A DNA stretch of 64,000 nucleotides from Candidatus Bathyarchaeota archaeon (GCA_963815095.1 CAWFFH010000004.1:64001-128000), one strand, 5' to 3'. Positions 46,213-57,168 are shown, counted from the stretch's first letter. A program made the numbers and translations. The notes: generated by a model not told the origin, from the sequence alone.

Positions 46213-47436
46213 ATGGCAAGCGGCGGAATAGACCATATGATGTCCATGATAATTTTCATAACTGCCTTCCTAATTTTTATCGGGTTCTTTAGCCAGACCA
46301 TGCAAACAGGAATCGCTTATGCACAACACAATGCGTTGTCAACGAAAACAAGTGACCTCTTAGATAACATACTGCTGAATCCTGGTATACCCAACAATTG
46401 GGGGCAGAACGATAATTCAATCGTGGGCTTCGGGTTGCAGGATCCAGATTATTCACAGTACCAGTTGAGTTCTTCATCTCTTATGCGTTTAACTTCCACT
46501 CAATCGCCAGTTTATTATAATGGCACATACTACAGCAACATAACAGCAGGGTTTGGCGGTTATCTACTTGCTCCATCTGCAAAGAGCATAAATTACTCTA
46601 CCGCATCTAAACTCTTGGGAATAAACGGCACCTACGGGTTCCTACTGTTAATAACACCAACAATAACTGTGTCAATCCAAAAACTATCCGTCGCGCCGCT
46701 TGAATTCTCCGTTAATGTTGATGGAACAGGATACCCGCTTGCAAACGCACCCCTAAGCTACAGCCTCTTGCTGGTTAACCAAGACGCAAACAACTATCCT
46801 TCTTACACAATTCTAAGCGGCACAACCACAGCTGACCCGGCAGGAGCTGTACGACTGACTTTTCCACAAGTCACAAGTGAGGACCAATCATACGCGCTCA
46901 TTGTTTGTTCTTATCTTGATGGACTTAAAGGAATGGGGTATTTCGTTCATGATTCTCAATCCTTTGCCAAAACAGTGGTTCCTTTAGTAGATAGTTTTAA
47001 GCAGAGTACAATCATTCTCGCACATGGAGATTCTGTCGGTCAACCTCCGCAGCCGCCAGCTCCTTCACATCTGAGTTATAATGCTACATTTGCCATTTTA
47101 ACCGAAGATTATGCGCTGCGTCAAGTACAATTAGACCCGTTCGCTGCAATTGGAGTTGTAACGTATGGTTCAGGAAGTGGACAAGAAAACGCTTCTATAA
47201 AAGTTCCTAACACAGATGGAATTTTAATTGTAACTTACAAAAATAATGCAGGTCAATATGGAATTGTTTTGATGCCTTGGGGTTTAAGCGCCCTGTCTTT
47301 TCCCTTAACGTTTGGCAGCAACTATCCTGGGAAAGATTGGGTAACAACTGACATTCGCCAAGTAATTATCGGCGGCATTTCTTACCAAGCAACACTTGAA
47401 CTGTGGAACATTCAAGGAAATTCGGTGATTAGCTAA
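46213..47436 (+). CDS. Minor pilin-like protein
   Basis: Start reassigned to ATG 46213 (SD GGAGGA); MASGGIDH plus TM; PGIPNNW...FGL motif. Confidence 0.7.
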   Translation: MASGGIDHMMSMIIFITAFLIFIGFFSQTMQTGIAYAQHNALSTKTSDLLDNILLNPGIPNNWGQNDNSIVGFGLQDPDYSQYQLSSSSLMRLTSTQSPVYYNGTYYSNITAGFGGYLLAPSAKSINYSTASKLLGINGTYGFLLLITPTITVSIQKLSVAPLEFSVNVDGTGYPLANAPLSYSLLLVNQDANNYPSYTILSGTTTADPAGAVRLTFPQVTSEDQSYALIVCSYLDGLKGMGYFVHDSQSFAKTVVPLVDSFKQSTIILAHGDSVGQPPQPPAPSHLSYNATFAILTEDYALRQVQLDPFAAIGVVTYGSGSGQENASIKVPNTDGILIVTYKNNAGQYGIVLMPWGLSALSFPLTFGSNYPGKDWVTTDIRQVIIGGISYQATLELWNIQGNSVIS

Positions 47437-48797
47437 TGATTCGCACAATAGAGGTACTATTTGTAATCATAATTCTTGCAGGCGCGTTCATAACTGTCTC
47501 TTACTTTACAGTTTTGCCTTCGTCAAGGCAAATTTCGCCTATAAACCTCAGAATGCTATCATTCACGACTTTGCAGACGCTTGATTCAAACTATGACTTA
47601 AGCAGAGCTGCTTTCGAAACTGGCAATGTCACTGTTTGGAGTGGCGTCCAAGTTGCGCTTTCAGCTTCCTTGCCGCCCAATGTAGTATATAACCTTACAG
47701 TCTATGATGTGAACGACCAACAAGGGCAAGTCTATAACTACATTACCTCCATTTCAAATGCTGCGAGCCAAAGCTCAATCTCAGATGTTGCCACGTATGC
47801 AGTGGCTTCTTCAAATGTAACTTTCAACTTTACACCCGAGAAGATCGGGGAAAGCTCAGGTGGAACAACACTTTACATTCTTAATTGCAGCGATGCAAAC
47901 GGCTGGTGGATTACCGGTTACACAGCCCAGAGTTTAGCTCAGGATTTGTACAACTTGTTGTCGCCCTATTTCACTAATACAGTAATGGTTCAGAACACAG
48001 TTCAGCTTAGACAACTAATCGATAACCAAACAATTTCCGGTTCACCAACCGAGCGAGTTCAAAACGCTGTCGTAATCAACACCTTAGGCGAAAGCGTTCC
48101 AATGCCTTCGGAGTATTATCAAGGTAATTCCCGGGGGTATCTAGGTTACGATGCAGGTGCTCCAAGCGGTTACAACTATGTTAAGTATTGTTGGACTTTA
48201 GGAAATACTGTACGAATGTACAATTGGACCTGGGCCAGTATCGTTGGTTACCCATTCTACTATGTTAGTAACAATGCCGTTTTCTCAGGCAGCCAGAACA
48301 ACTGGGGGATTTATGGAATGAAAATGAACAGTCAAGGTGGCTCAAGAGCTTTTCTTCAGGGCTTAGATAATCAATCGTACGCTTACGATTCCAGCAGCGT
48401 TGTCAGCGATGTTGGGGGCGTCACACTTACAAACCAAGCCATTGAATATACCAACTATTATGGTATTTATCCTTCGGCATACCAGACATCTACCAGAGCA
48501 CTCGCTAACTCAATACTGGCAAGTTACCATCTTAGCATTGGATTTAACGTTTTCAATCCTGTTATTTTTTCTGGGCAGACTTATAATCCAGGTGCAATAT
48601 ACAATCATAAAGCATCAGGTTCCTCGAACATTACCGGGTCGCTGTTAGCTTTAGGGTTAACCCGAACACCTGACGTTCGAGTCACAGGTTTGAGCCTTCT
48701 ATCATATTATCAGCCAAGGCTTTACGCTTCTCAGTATACAACTTCAGGTACTACAAGATTAGTCACTCTACAATTGGGTTTAGTGGGGAGTGGATAA
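47436..48797 (+). CDS. Minor pilin-like protein
   Basis: MIRTIE followed by a hydrophobic helix; translationally coupled. Confidence 0.7.
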   Translation: MIRTIEVLFVIIILAGAFITVSYFTVLPSSRQISPINLRMLSFTTLQTLDSNYDLSRAAFETGNVTVWSGVQVALSASLPPNVVYNLTVYDVNDQQGQVYNYITSISNAASQSSISDVATYAVASSNVTFNFTPEKIGESSGGTTLYILNCSDANGWWITGYTAQSLAQDLYNLLSPYFTNTVMVQNTVQLRQLIDNQTISGSPTERVQNAVVINTLGESVPMPSEYYQGNSRGYLGYDAGAPSGYNYVKYCWTLGNTVRMYNWTWASIVGYPFYYVSNNAVFSGSQNNWGIYGMKMNSQGGSRAFLQGLDNQSYAYDSSSVVSDVGGVTLTNQAIEYTNYYGIYPSAYQTSTRALANSILASYHLSIGFNVFNPVIFSGQTYNPGAIYNHKASGSSNITGSLLALGLTRTPDVRVTGLSLLSYYQPRLYASQYTTSGTTRLVTLQLGLVGSG

Positions 48798-51700
48798 ATG
48801 AACAATAAAGGCGCATTTTCGATAATAGCTGCATTGCTTGTCGCAGTGGTTTTAATCGGTTCAGTTATAACGTTTTACTCTGCAATTCGCTACAGCCCAA
48901 TTCAAGGGCAGCCTCAAATTTTAAGTTCTGTAAATGAAAGCAATCAGGCGCTAAAACAGATTTTAGGCTTCACAGTGGGCTATTACGGTTCAGTTTTAAA
49001 AGTAACAGGTAACGTAACTTACGCTCGACAATTAGCCCAAAATTATTTCGACAGCGGGCTGACAAATGTGGGCTCTTTTAAGCCAGAATGGGCTCTATCG
49101 CTAAACGAAACTGATTTGGAGCTTAAAGCTAACTGGTTTACCAATAACAGCTACAGTCAAGGCAACATGAACATCACTTATAATTTGAACGGTTTAGGCA
49201 TTTCCGGCGTTAGTTATTCTGCCTCAACTCGCCTAGAGGTACAAGTATCAGACTCAAACTCACCCACACAAGCACAGTTTAAAATTCTAACCGACAACGG
49301 TGAACCACTAATCAACCTTGGAGTTAACAACATTAAGTTTTACCATTATGAGTATGGGAATTTATCCTGGGACTTTTCAGTGCCAACCAACATCATCTCC
49401 CATGGAGACGGAACGTACATCGTTGACCTTCCATCAGATGTGCCCAGCAACTCTTATGTGGTTCAAGTGGAAGACACCCGCGGACTTTCAGTTTTAGCTT
49501 CATCATTTAGCCAATTTACAACGTCACTTGCCTGGAACACAACTGGGTTTAAAACCGACTTAGCTTACGTGGACAGTGCCAACTTGGATGTTTTGGGAGC
49601 TCACAGCAACTTCGCTTCCCAACAAAGCGGGCCAGACAGCATATATGATGCCTTGACCGAAGCACCGTCAGGATCCACCTATGTTCCAAGTTACTCAACA
49701 AACTACAATACCTATGGTTCAACAAAATTGGCAAGTGGGTCAACAGGCAGCTTGCAAGTTAACGATGGAGTTTACATGAGTTTTCACTCGTATGCTTCTT
49801 CGTTTTCCGGTTCGACAAACTTTGGAAACACTAACATTGAGGCAAACACCCAAAGTATTGAGAATTCAGTACGAGGTTCAATATTTAGCCCTGTTGATAA
49901 CAGCCAAGCTCAAAGCATATCTGTCTATTTAGATTTGCAGAATGGCGCTGCAAACCGAAAAGTCAAAGCAGCAATCTACTCCGAAACACACAACTTTATC
50001 GCATCAACAGAAGAATTAATAATTTCAACGACAGGTTGGTACACCTTCAACTTTAACGACCCGAAGCCAATTCTGGCGGCAAACACAAACTACGTACTCG
50101 CAGCCTGGTCCGACTCGACGACCGGCGACGTTTTAGTGCATTTTAATCAAGGTTCAAACAATCAGGGTCATGGATTAAATCAGAATTACAGCAATTGGCC
50201 AGGTTCACCCAGTTTCAACCATGACAAAAATAGGTACAGCATCTACTGTACATACTCAAAAGTAAGCCAATATTCTGCGCAGGTTGAGTTAACTGGGAAT
50301 TCAGCTGCATCTCTTCCATGGGCTAATCTTGTTTGGACCATTGATTGTTCCTCTTCCCAAAGCAGTGTATCCGCTACCTTCCAGGTCTACAACTCGGCAA
50401 CAGGACAGTACCCAAGCAGCGGAGATGGGTATATGACTGCCACGTTGGGACCAGGTGACCAAACCAAGCTACAAACAATAGTCACAAATCCTGAAAGCTT
50501 TCTAAACAGCAGCGGATACTGGAGATTCAACATAACCGCTATAAAATCAACTGCGACGCCTTTTGACCTTATCATGGACTTTGTACAGTACAATCCCGAT
50601 GCCCCCAACTATGCGCTTGATCTTCAAGAGCAATGGACAAACATTAACGCCACAAACCTCCGCCAAGACCTATGCATAAAAACAGGCACCATGGGCACAG
50701 AGCCTTTGTTGGTGCAGATTTTGCATGGGGGCAACTGGCAGAACCTAATGACGTTGACTCCGAATTACTTCAACAATGTTTCCCTTGCGCCGTATATAGA
50801 TTCAACAACACTTGCCATCCGCTTTGTAGGTAGCAATGACGCAACAGATCCAACTCAAGACAGCTGGAACATCGACTCGGTCTACCTGCAAGATGAAACA
50901 GACATTAATTTCCTTGTTAACCAGCAACAATCTACGTTCACGCTGGAATTATTGCAGAACGGCACGATGCGGTGGCTTGGCCAAAACATGCAATCAACGA
51001 GTCAAACTCTGCCGATTCCGCCAATTCCAGTGAAGGCAATCCACGTAAACCAAACCATAAACGGAGTAAACCAAGAAGTTCCCTTCCAAATTGAAGATTG
51101 GGCATCTAACTACCAAATCCCACTGGGTTTAACCAGCAATACAACACTCTTTGGCAACAGGCAAATGATTGTTTTCCTCTTAAGCGGCAAAGTCACCGAT
51201 TTCACAGTTTGGTGGGATGGAAGTGACGCTGCAACCCAGACGCCGCTGGCTTTCACCAACCGGTACTTTACCAACGATAATACTGTTACCTCAACGCTTA
51301 CGAATGGTTACGTAACCTTGCAAATTGGCGGCTTCAACGTTAAAGCAACCGCTGGGAGCACTTCCAGCACAGCGAATTTCATGCGCATCAACACAAACCC
51401 CAGTACTTACGGTGCAGGAGCAGCATTTGTGATCCACCATGGCGTAGTCAGAGATATTGTTCAACAAGAAGCAGAATGGAACAATGGTCCAACCGGCTGC
51501 CCCAACCTCTACGCAAACATCGTTCTTACGCTTCCAGCAAACACAACGTACTATACCTATCAGCTTAGAATCATGTTCCTTAACTCTTCTCAAGCACGTT
51601 CAATCACAGATTTATCTCCAATCCAACTTACAACATCTCTTGGCTCACCACAGTTACAGACCGAAAACGGCATCCTCGCCGGCTCCCCAATCCTTCAAAA

Positions 51701-52076
51701 CGGAACAGGCACATTCATCAACTCTACAGCTGGCAGTTGGACACCCCGACACTTTAGCCAATTTATGTCGACTGATGGAAAAGGTGCTGGAATAATGTTT
51801 AGAGACGTTGCTAACAGGAATCTTTACGCATTTGATTCTTTCGCTGGAAGCACCTCTAAAGGTGGTTTTAAAGCCAGTGCTGCATCTATCGAGATGAATC
51901 CTGTAGTTTCAGGGCAAGTTTCATTCAATTACGCCTACGATATCACTTGGCAGGGTGCAGTGGAAACATTTGATGGAACAACGCCTATATGTAACCTGTA
52001 TGATGGAACAACGCCGATGGGTCTTTGGATATTGGCAGAGTATCCGCCTACGTTAACTGTAATTCCAAGTAGCTAA
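48798..52076 (+). CDS. Large pilin/adhesin-like protein (1092 aa) with class III signal peptide
   Basis: MNNKG/AFSIIAALLVAVVL; long beta-rich body with many N-glycosylation sequons. Confidence 0.78.
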   Translation: MNNKGAFSIIAALLVAVVLIGSVITFYSAIRYSPIQGQPQILSSVNESNQALKQILGFTVGYYGSVLKVTGNVTYARQLAQNYFDSGLTNVGSFKPEWALSLNETDLELKANWFTNNSYSQGNMNITYNLNGLGISGVSYSASTRLEVQVSDSNSPTQAQFKILTDNGEPLINLGVNNIKFYHYEYGNLSWDFSVPTNIISHGDGTYIVDLPSDVPSNSYVVQVEDTRGLSVLASSFSQFTTSLAWNTTGFKTDLAYVDSANLDVLGAHSNFASQQSGPDSIYDALTEAPSGSTYVPSYSTNYNTYGSTKLASGSTGSLQVNDGVYMSFHSYASSFSGSTNFGNTNIEANTQSIENSVRGSIFSPVDNSQAQSISVYLDLQNGAANRKVKAAIYSETHNFIASTEELIISTTGWYTFNFNDPKPILAANTNYVLAAWSDSTTGDVLVHFNQGSNNQGHGLNQNYSNWPGSPSFNHDKNRYSIYCTYSKVSQYSAQVELTGNSAASLPWANLVWTIDCSSSQSSVSATFQVYNSATGQYPSSGDGYMTATLGPGDQTKLQTIVTNPESFLNSSGYWRFNITAIKSTATPFDLIMDFVQYNPDAPNYALDLQEQWTNINATNLRQDLCIKTGTMGTEPLLVQILHGGNWQNLMTLTPNYFNNVSLAPYIDSTTLAIRFVGSNDATDPTQDSWNIDSVYLQDETDINFLVNQQQSTFTLELLQNGTMRWLGQNMQSTSQTLPIPPIPVKAIHVNQTINGVNQEVPFQIEDWASNYQIPLGLTSNTTLFGNRQMIVFLLSGKVTDFTVWWDGSDAATQTPLAFTNRYFTNDNTVTSTLTNGYVTLQIGGFNVKATAGSTSSTANFMRINTNPSTYGAGAAFVIHHGVVRDIVQQEAEWNNGPTGCPNLYANIVLTLPANTTYYTYQLRIMFLNSSQARSITDLSPIQLTTSLGSPQLQTENGILAGSPILQNGTGTFINSTAGSWTPRHFSQFMSTDGKGAGIMFRDVANRNLYAFDSFAGSTSKGGFKASAASIEMNPVVSGQVSFNYAYDITWQGAVETFDGTTPICNLYDGTTPMGLWILAEYPPTLTVIPSS

Positions 52077-52169
52077 TCCTGCAAAACTTGGCTTTATTGT
52101 ACGATTCAATAGTTACCGACAAAATCTTATTAGCCTAAGCCACCAACAAACTATCAAAGAGGTATCAGC

Positions 52170-52991
52170 ATTCAGACATTACAAGCAACCCTGATATGTG
52201 CAAACATTGCAGTTTCCTTAGGCGTCTTATTCTACGCATCATGGAGCGACTATAAAACACGCGAAGTCAGCAACCGCGTCTGGGCAATCTATGCGCCCAT
52301 CGCGCTCAGTTTGTCTTTGCCTGAGTTGCTTTTGTTTGAGCCTTCGCAGCTGCCTCTCTATGGTTTGAGTGTGGGCATAACTGTGGGCTTAGCGTTTTTG
52401 TTGTTTTACGCTGGCGGTTTCGGCGGCGCAGACTCTAAAGCCTTAATGTGCATTGCCCTTGCCCTGCCTTTTGCTCCCTTAACATTATTCACGCCCATAT
52501 TAGCGGGGGCAGTATCGCCGACTTCAAGAATCATATTCCCAATAACAATATTTGGCAATGCAGTTCTCTTCGCAGCAGCAAGCGGAATATACATGATATT
52601 ACGCAACGTGAACTGGCATAAAAAAACCAAAACCAAAATGTTCCCTGGCACTCTTGCATCCGAGTCTATTGGAAAAAAGTTTCTTGTGCTAATTACTGGT
52701 TATAAGATGAGTGTTTCCAAGCTGAAGGCGAAATGGCATATTTTTCCTTTAGAGGACGTTGATGACCAAGTCGTTAACTTAAAACGTAAGCTGATGATTG
52801 TGCCAAATGATGAAGGGCGTGAAAAAATTGTGGAACGTTTATCCAAAGCTGCGGAAGAAGGCAAAATTGACGATTACGTTTGGGCGTCGCCTGGGTTGCC
52901 TATGTTAATTTTTGTTACTTTAGGCTTGATTGTTGCTTTGTTTCTGGGTGATTTTGTATGGTTGCTGGTTAGGTTTGTTTTGGGTGCTTAA
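52170..52991 (+). CDS. A24 prepilin peptidase (PibD/ArlK-like)
   Basis: GGFGGADSKA and PGLPM motifs. The first catalytic Asp (ASWSDYKTREV) lies upstream of the track start 52311, so the start is placed at ATT 52170 after SD GAGGT. Confidence 0.85.
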   Translation: MQTLQATLICANIAVSLGVLFYASWSDYKTREVSNRVWAIYAPIALSLSLPELLLFEPSQLPLYGLSVGITVGLAFLLFYAGGFGGADSKALMCIALALPFAPLTLFTPILAGAVSPTSRIIFPITIFGNAVLFAAASGIYMILRNVNWHKKTKTKMFPGTLASESIGKKFLVLITGYKMSVSKLKAKWHIFPLEDVDDQVVNLKRKLMIVPNDEGREKIVERLSKAAEEGKIDDYVWASPGLPMLIFVTLGLIVALFLGDFVWLLVRFVLGA

Positions 52992-53000
52992 ACCTAAAAT

Positions 53001-53228
53001 TTATTGAATTAAATTTTTGCTTCGTTTTTGATAAGAAATTGATGCGGTAACCATAGAAAGTGAGCCAACACCGACAAACGCAAGTGCAATTCCGCGATAT
53101 GGGTAAGCTAAACTTAGGTTTAAAGCGGTGCTGTCTCCAATGCCGGTTTGGTATGAATAGAAAAACATTGCTACAGCGAACAATGTAATCGATGCCACTA
53201 ATAGACTAACCTCTGTTTTGAACTTCAA
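53001..53228 (-). CDS. Small two-TM membrane protein
   Basis: Two TM helices flanking YPYR. Confidence 0.6.
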   Translation of the reverse strand: MKFKTEVSLLVASITLFAVAMFFYSYQTGIGDSTALNLSLAYPYRGIALAFVGVGSLSMVTASISYQKRSKNLIQ

Positions 53229-53323
53229 ACTCCCCTATCTCCCCGTCTATGTATTATGAATTCATACTTTAAATCAAAAGGTTATTTTAGCTTTTTGGAA
53301 AATACATCTTAAGGATTCAACTT

Positions 53324-54406
53324 ATGACTTTAACTGAATGCATAAAAGAACTTCAAAGTTTTCTGGAAAGAAACCAAGAGGAATGCAGAGTTGTTGTCTT
53401 GCCTGATTTTTTTCTGGACAGAATCGTAAACCTGGAATGGGATGCTGCTGAGTTTTCGGGTCGAGTTGCTGAGGTGGCGAAGCGGAAAGGAGGCAGCTTA
53501 GATGGAATCTCCCAAACTGATCAGCTAGGAGGAAACGCACTCAACGTCGCGTCAGCGCTATCCCAATTAGGCGCCAAGGTAACGCCCATAGTTTGCACAA
53601 GCGAATTTGGTCTCCAACAAATCAAATACCACTTCAAAAACATAACACTCGATACCTCACATATAAAGACGCATGAGAAAGCCTCAGTAACGACCGCTCT
53701 GGAATTCAAAAACCAAAATGAGAAAACAAACGTAATGCTTCGGGATTTAGGAGCATTGGCTGATTTTGGGCCCTCAAATCTCAACGAAAGCGATTACGAT
53801 TTAATTGAAGCAGCGAATTATGTATGTCTTTTCAATTGGGCTGGAACTTTGAAGTTCGGTACAGACCTAGCTCAAGCCGTTTTTGAGCGGGCAAAACGGA
53901 ACGGCAAGGGCAAAACTTACTGCGATACTGCCGACCCAACTCCAAACACTGAAGTTATTCCCGATTTGATGGAGAAGGTTTTGAAAACTGATAAAGTGGA
54001 CATTTTGAGTTTGAACGAGAATGAAGCGATAACTTATGCGAGCTTGCTTGATTTAAGTTTGAAGGAGAATCAGGCGCATTTGGTGTTTACAGAATTAGCG
54101 ATGAATGCTGCACGTGTCTTAGCTAAGCATTTGCCTGCTAGAATCGATTTGCACACGAGGGCTTTTTCTGCTAGTTTGAAGGGAAAACATGAGATTGTGG
54201 TTCCAGCGTTCAAAGTTAAGACTTTGCGTGCAACCGGCGCTGGCGATGCATGGTGTGCAGGCAACATCTTAGGCAACCATAATGGATTCTCCGACGAATG
54301 CCGTCTAATGTTAGCAAACTCTGTTGCCGCATGCTACCTATCGGATCCAAATGGGCAACATCCAACCAAACAAAAACTTGCAGATTTCCTTAGAACACAT
54401 CTTTAG
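53324..54406 (+). CDS. PfkB/ribokinase family carbohydrate kinase
   Basis: GGNALNVASALSQLG, LNENEA and ATGAGDAW motifs. Confidence 0.9.
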   Translation: MTLTECIKELQSFLERNQEECRVVVLPDFFLDRIVNLEWDAAEFSGRVAEVAKRKGGSLDGISQTDQLGGNALNVASALSQLGAKVTPIVCTSEFGLQQIKYHFKNITLDTSHIKTHEKASVTTALEFKNQNEKTNVMLRDLGALADFGPSNLNESDYDLIEAANYVCLFNWAGTLKFGTDLAQAVFERAKRNGKGKTYCDTADPTPNTEVIPDLMEKVLKTDKVDILSLNENEAITYASLLDLSLKENQAHLVFTELAMNAARVLAKHLPARIDLHTRAFSASLKGKHEIVVPAFKVKTLRATGAGDAWCAGNILGNHNGFSDECRLMLANSVAACYLSDPNGQHPTKQKLADFLRTHL

Positions 54407-54471
54407 CAATGTGCCAAATTCTTTTTTAAGTCAACCCCACACACTACCATGCTATAACAGGTGTAGATTTA

Positions 54472-55833
54472 ATGGGTAAGCTGTTCGGAAGCTCAGGTGT
54501 TAGAGGGCTGGCAAATGTTGACTTAACCCCCATCTTAGCGTATAAGGTTGCATCAGCAGTTGCAACGCATGCGCAAGCCAAACGGGCTTTGATTGCCCGA
54601 GATACGCGAGTTTCAGGCGGCATGCTTGAAGACGCCTTGGTTTCAGGTTTAGTTTCATGTGGCGTAGATGTTTTGCTTTTGGGTATGGTGCCGACGCCTG
54701 TTTTGGCTTATGTCACTAGAGTATTGGGTGCGGATGTTGGTTTTATGCTTACTGCTTCCCATAACCCGCCCCAGTACAACGGAATAAAAGTTTTCAAAGC
54801 TGACCTATCGTATACCGATGAGAACCAGGATTCGGTGGAAAGAATCGTTGCTAATGGAAATTTTGCATTGGCAAATTGGCGAAGCCTCGGCAAAGCTTCG
54901 TCTGCCGATGCGGGACAGATTTACCTCAATATGGCACAACAAGCCGTTTCACTAAAAAAACACTGGAAAGTCGTTGTCGACCCCGGATGCGGCGCCGCAT
55001 TCAACATTGCCCCACAAATGCTCCAAGTTTTAGGCTGCAAAGTAACCGCCCTAAACGCCCAACCTGACGGCTATTTTCCAGCTAGAAAATCTGAACCAAC
55101 AGCTGAATCACTACAGGTTCTCACAAAAACAGTTAAAGCCCTCGGAGCCGACATTGGCATAGCTTTTGATGGAGATGCTGATCGAGTTGCATTTGTGGAC
55201 GAAAACGGAGTTTTTGTGAATTTTGATCGTTCATTAGCTGCTTATGGAGCTTTGGCTCTCAAGCGCAATGGCGGCGGAACAGTAGTTACCAATGTTGAGG
55301 CTTCAATGTGCGTTGAAACGATGGCGGAAAAGTACGGCGGCAAAGTCATCCGAACAAGAGTTGGAGACATTTACGTTTCTGAAGCCATCAAACGGGACCA
55401 TGCAGTTTTCGGAGGTGAGCCATGCGGCGCATGGGTACATCCACAGCTGCATTTGTGTCCCGATGGACCTATTTCTGCAGCCTTGTTCCTTACGGCGTTA
55501 GAGGAAGAAGACAAAAGCGTCTCTGAATTCATCGGAGAAGTGCCTGAATACATTACAATTCGGGAAAACATCGCCTGCAAGGACGTACAAAAATACAGCT
55601 TGGTGGAACAACTTGGTAATGCCCTAAAAACCGCATTTCCAGAGCACACAGATTTCAGTGCAGTCGACGGCGCAAGATTAGCGCTCAAAAATGGCTGGCT
55701 CCTTGTCCGCGCTTCAGGCACGGAACCCCTAATCCGCTTAACAGTCGAAGGCGAATCGGTGCAAGCGGCAAAAGATATAACCCAAAAGGCAACAGCACTA
55801 ATACACAAACAAATCGAGGCACACTTGAAATGA
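54472..55833 (+). CDS. glmM: Phosphoglucosamine mutase / phosphohexomutase
   Basis: FGSSGVRG, TASHNP, DGDADR and RASGTEP motifs. Confidence 0.9.
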   Translation: MGKLFGSSGVRGLANVDLTPILAYKVASAVATHAQAKRALIARDTRVSGGMLEDALVSGLVSCGVDVLLLGMVPTPVLAYVTRVLGADVGFMLTASHNPPQYNGIKVFKADLSYTDENQDSVERIVANGNFALANWRSLGKASSADAGQIYLNMAQQAVSLKKHWKVVVDPGCGAAFNIAPQMLQVLGCKVTALNAQPDGYFPARKSEPTAESLQVLTKTVKALGADIGIAFDGDADRVAFVDENGVFVNFDRSLAAYGALALKRNGGGTVVTNVEASMCVETMAEKYGGKVIRTRVGDIYVSEAIKRDHAVFGGEPCGAWVHPQLHLCPDGPISAALFLTALEEEDKSVSEFIGEVPEYITIRENIACKDVQKYSLVEQLGNALKTAFPEHTDFSAVDGARLALKNGWLLVRASGTEPLIRLTVEGESVQAAKDITQKATALIHKQIEAHLK

Positions 55834-57107
55834 AAGCTGTTCTTTTAGCGGCCGGTGCGGGCGAAAGACTTATGCCTATAACGGCAACTCGCCCCAAGCA
55901 CCTCATTAAAGTCGCCGGAAAACCGATTTTGCAGTTCTGTTTGGAAGCCGTTAAAAATGCGGGAATTACTGAAGCGATAATTGTTACTCATTATATGGGT
56001 GAGGCTATCCATGGTTACTTTGGAAATGGCGAAAAGCTCGGGTTAAAAATAAGCTATGTGGAGCAAAAAGCGATTTTGGGCACTGGCAACGCAGCAGAAG
56101 TTGCTGAGCCATATGTCGATGGCGATTTCGTTTTAATCTATGGCGATTTGCTTTTTGGTCAAGACGCAGTAAAAGATGTAGTATCTTCGTTTAGGAAAGG
56201 AAAAACAGCGGCAGTCATGGCAGTGGTTCCAGTTGAAAGACCGGAAAACTATGGTATAATTGAGCACGACACAGAAGGAAAAGTTAAGCGTATAGTGGAA
56301 AAACCAGCCGCTGGAAAAGCGTCTTCGAATCTTGCAAATGCGGGAATTTACGCTTTCTCAAAAGATGTCTTCGATAAAATTAAACAAACTACAACATCAA
56401 TCCGCGGCGAATGGGAGCTAACCGACGCTATAACATTGCTTGCCCAAGACGGTAAGACAGTTTTGGCAGCCCAACTTAGCAAAGACGACTGGTTTGATGT
56501 GGGCAGACCTTGGGATTTGCTTGACGCTAACGTTTGGGCGCTTAAACGCATGGACCACAAAGTTCTGGGAACAGTGGAGCAGGGGGCGCATTTGATTGGT
56601 CCAGTATCTATTGCTGAATCTGCCCGGGTTCGCTCGGGCGCTTACATCGAAGGACCAGTTTTTATAGACGAAGAAGCCGACATTGGACCAAATTGTTACA
56701 TCCGCTCAGGCACAAGTCTTGGGAAAAAAACCCGCGTTGGAAATAGTTGTGAAATCAAAAACAGTATCTTAATGGATGGTACCCACGCGGGACACTTATC
56801 CTATGTTGGAGATAGCATTCTGGGCGAAAAATGCAACCTTGGTGCAGGCACTATAATTGCTAACTTGCGCTTCGACGACGGCTGCATCAAGATGATGGTT
56901 AAAGACAAACTGGTGGACACGGGTCGACGAAAACTCGGTGCAATTCTCGGAGACAATGTGAAGACTGGGATAAAGTCGCTGTTTATGCCCGGAGTAAAAG
57001 TAGGCGCAAACACTTGGGTCGGAGCCAACTTCATGGTTGAACGTGACCTCCCAGCAAACACAATAGCATTACTAAAACAAAACAATGAAATAAAACATAA
57101 GAAGTAG
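55830..57107 (+). CDS. glmU: Bifunctional sugar-1-phosphate nucleotidylyltransferase/acetyltransferase
   Basis: LAAGAGERL...PK; hexapeptide repeats; HLSYVGDS. Confidence 0.88.
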   Translation: MKAVLLAAGAGERLMPITATRPKHLIKVAGKPILQFCLEAVKNAGITEAIIVTHYMGEAIHGYFGNGEKLGLKISYVEQKAILGTGNAAEVAEPYVDGDFVLIYGDLLFGQDAVKDVVSSFRKGKTAAVMAVVPVERPENYGIIEHDTEGKVKRIVEKPAAGKASSNLANAGIYAFSKDVFDKIKQTTTSIRGEWELTDAITLLAQDGKTVLAAQLSKDDWFDVGRPWDLLDANVWALKRMDHKVLGTVEQGAHLIGPVSIAESARVRSGAYIEGPVFIDEEADIGPNCYIRSGTSLGKKTRVGNSCEIKNSILMDGTHAGHLSYVGDSILGEKCNLGAGTIIANLRFDDGCIKMMVKDKLVDTGRRKLGAILGDNVKTGIKSLFMPGVKVGANTWVGANFMVERDLPANTIALLKQNNEIKHKK

Positions 57108-57168
57108 ACTAATCTTAGTTCAAATATCTTTACTGACTCCGGAAAGTCGGCTATTTTGTCTGTTTAGG

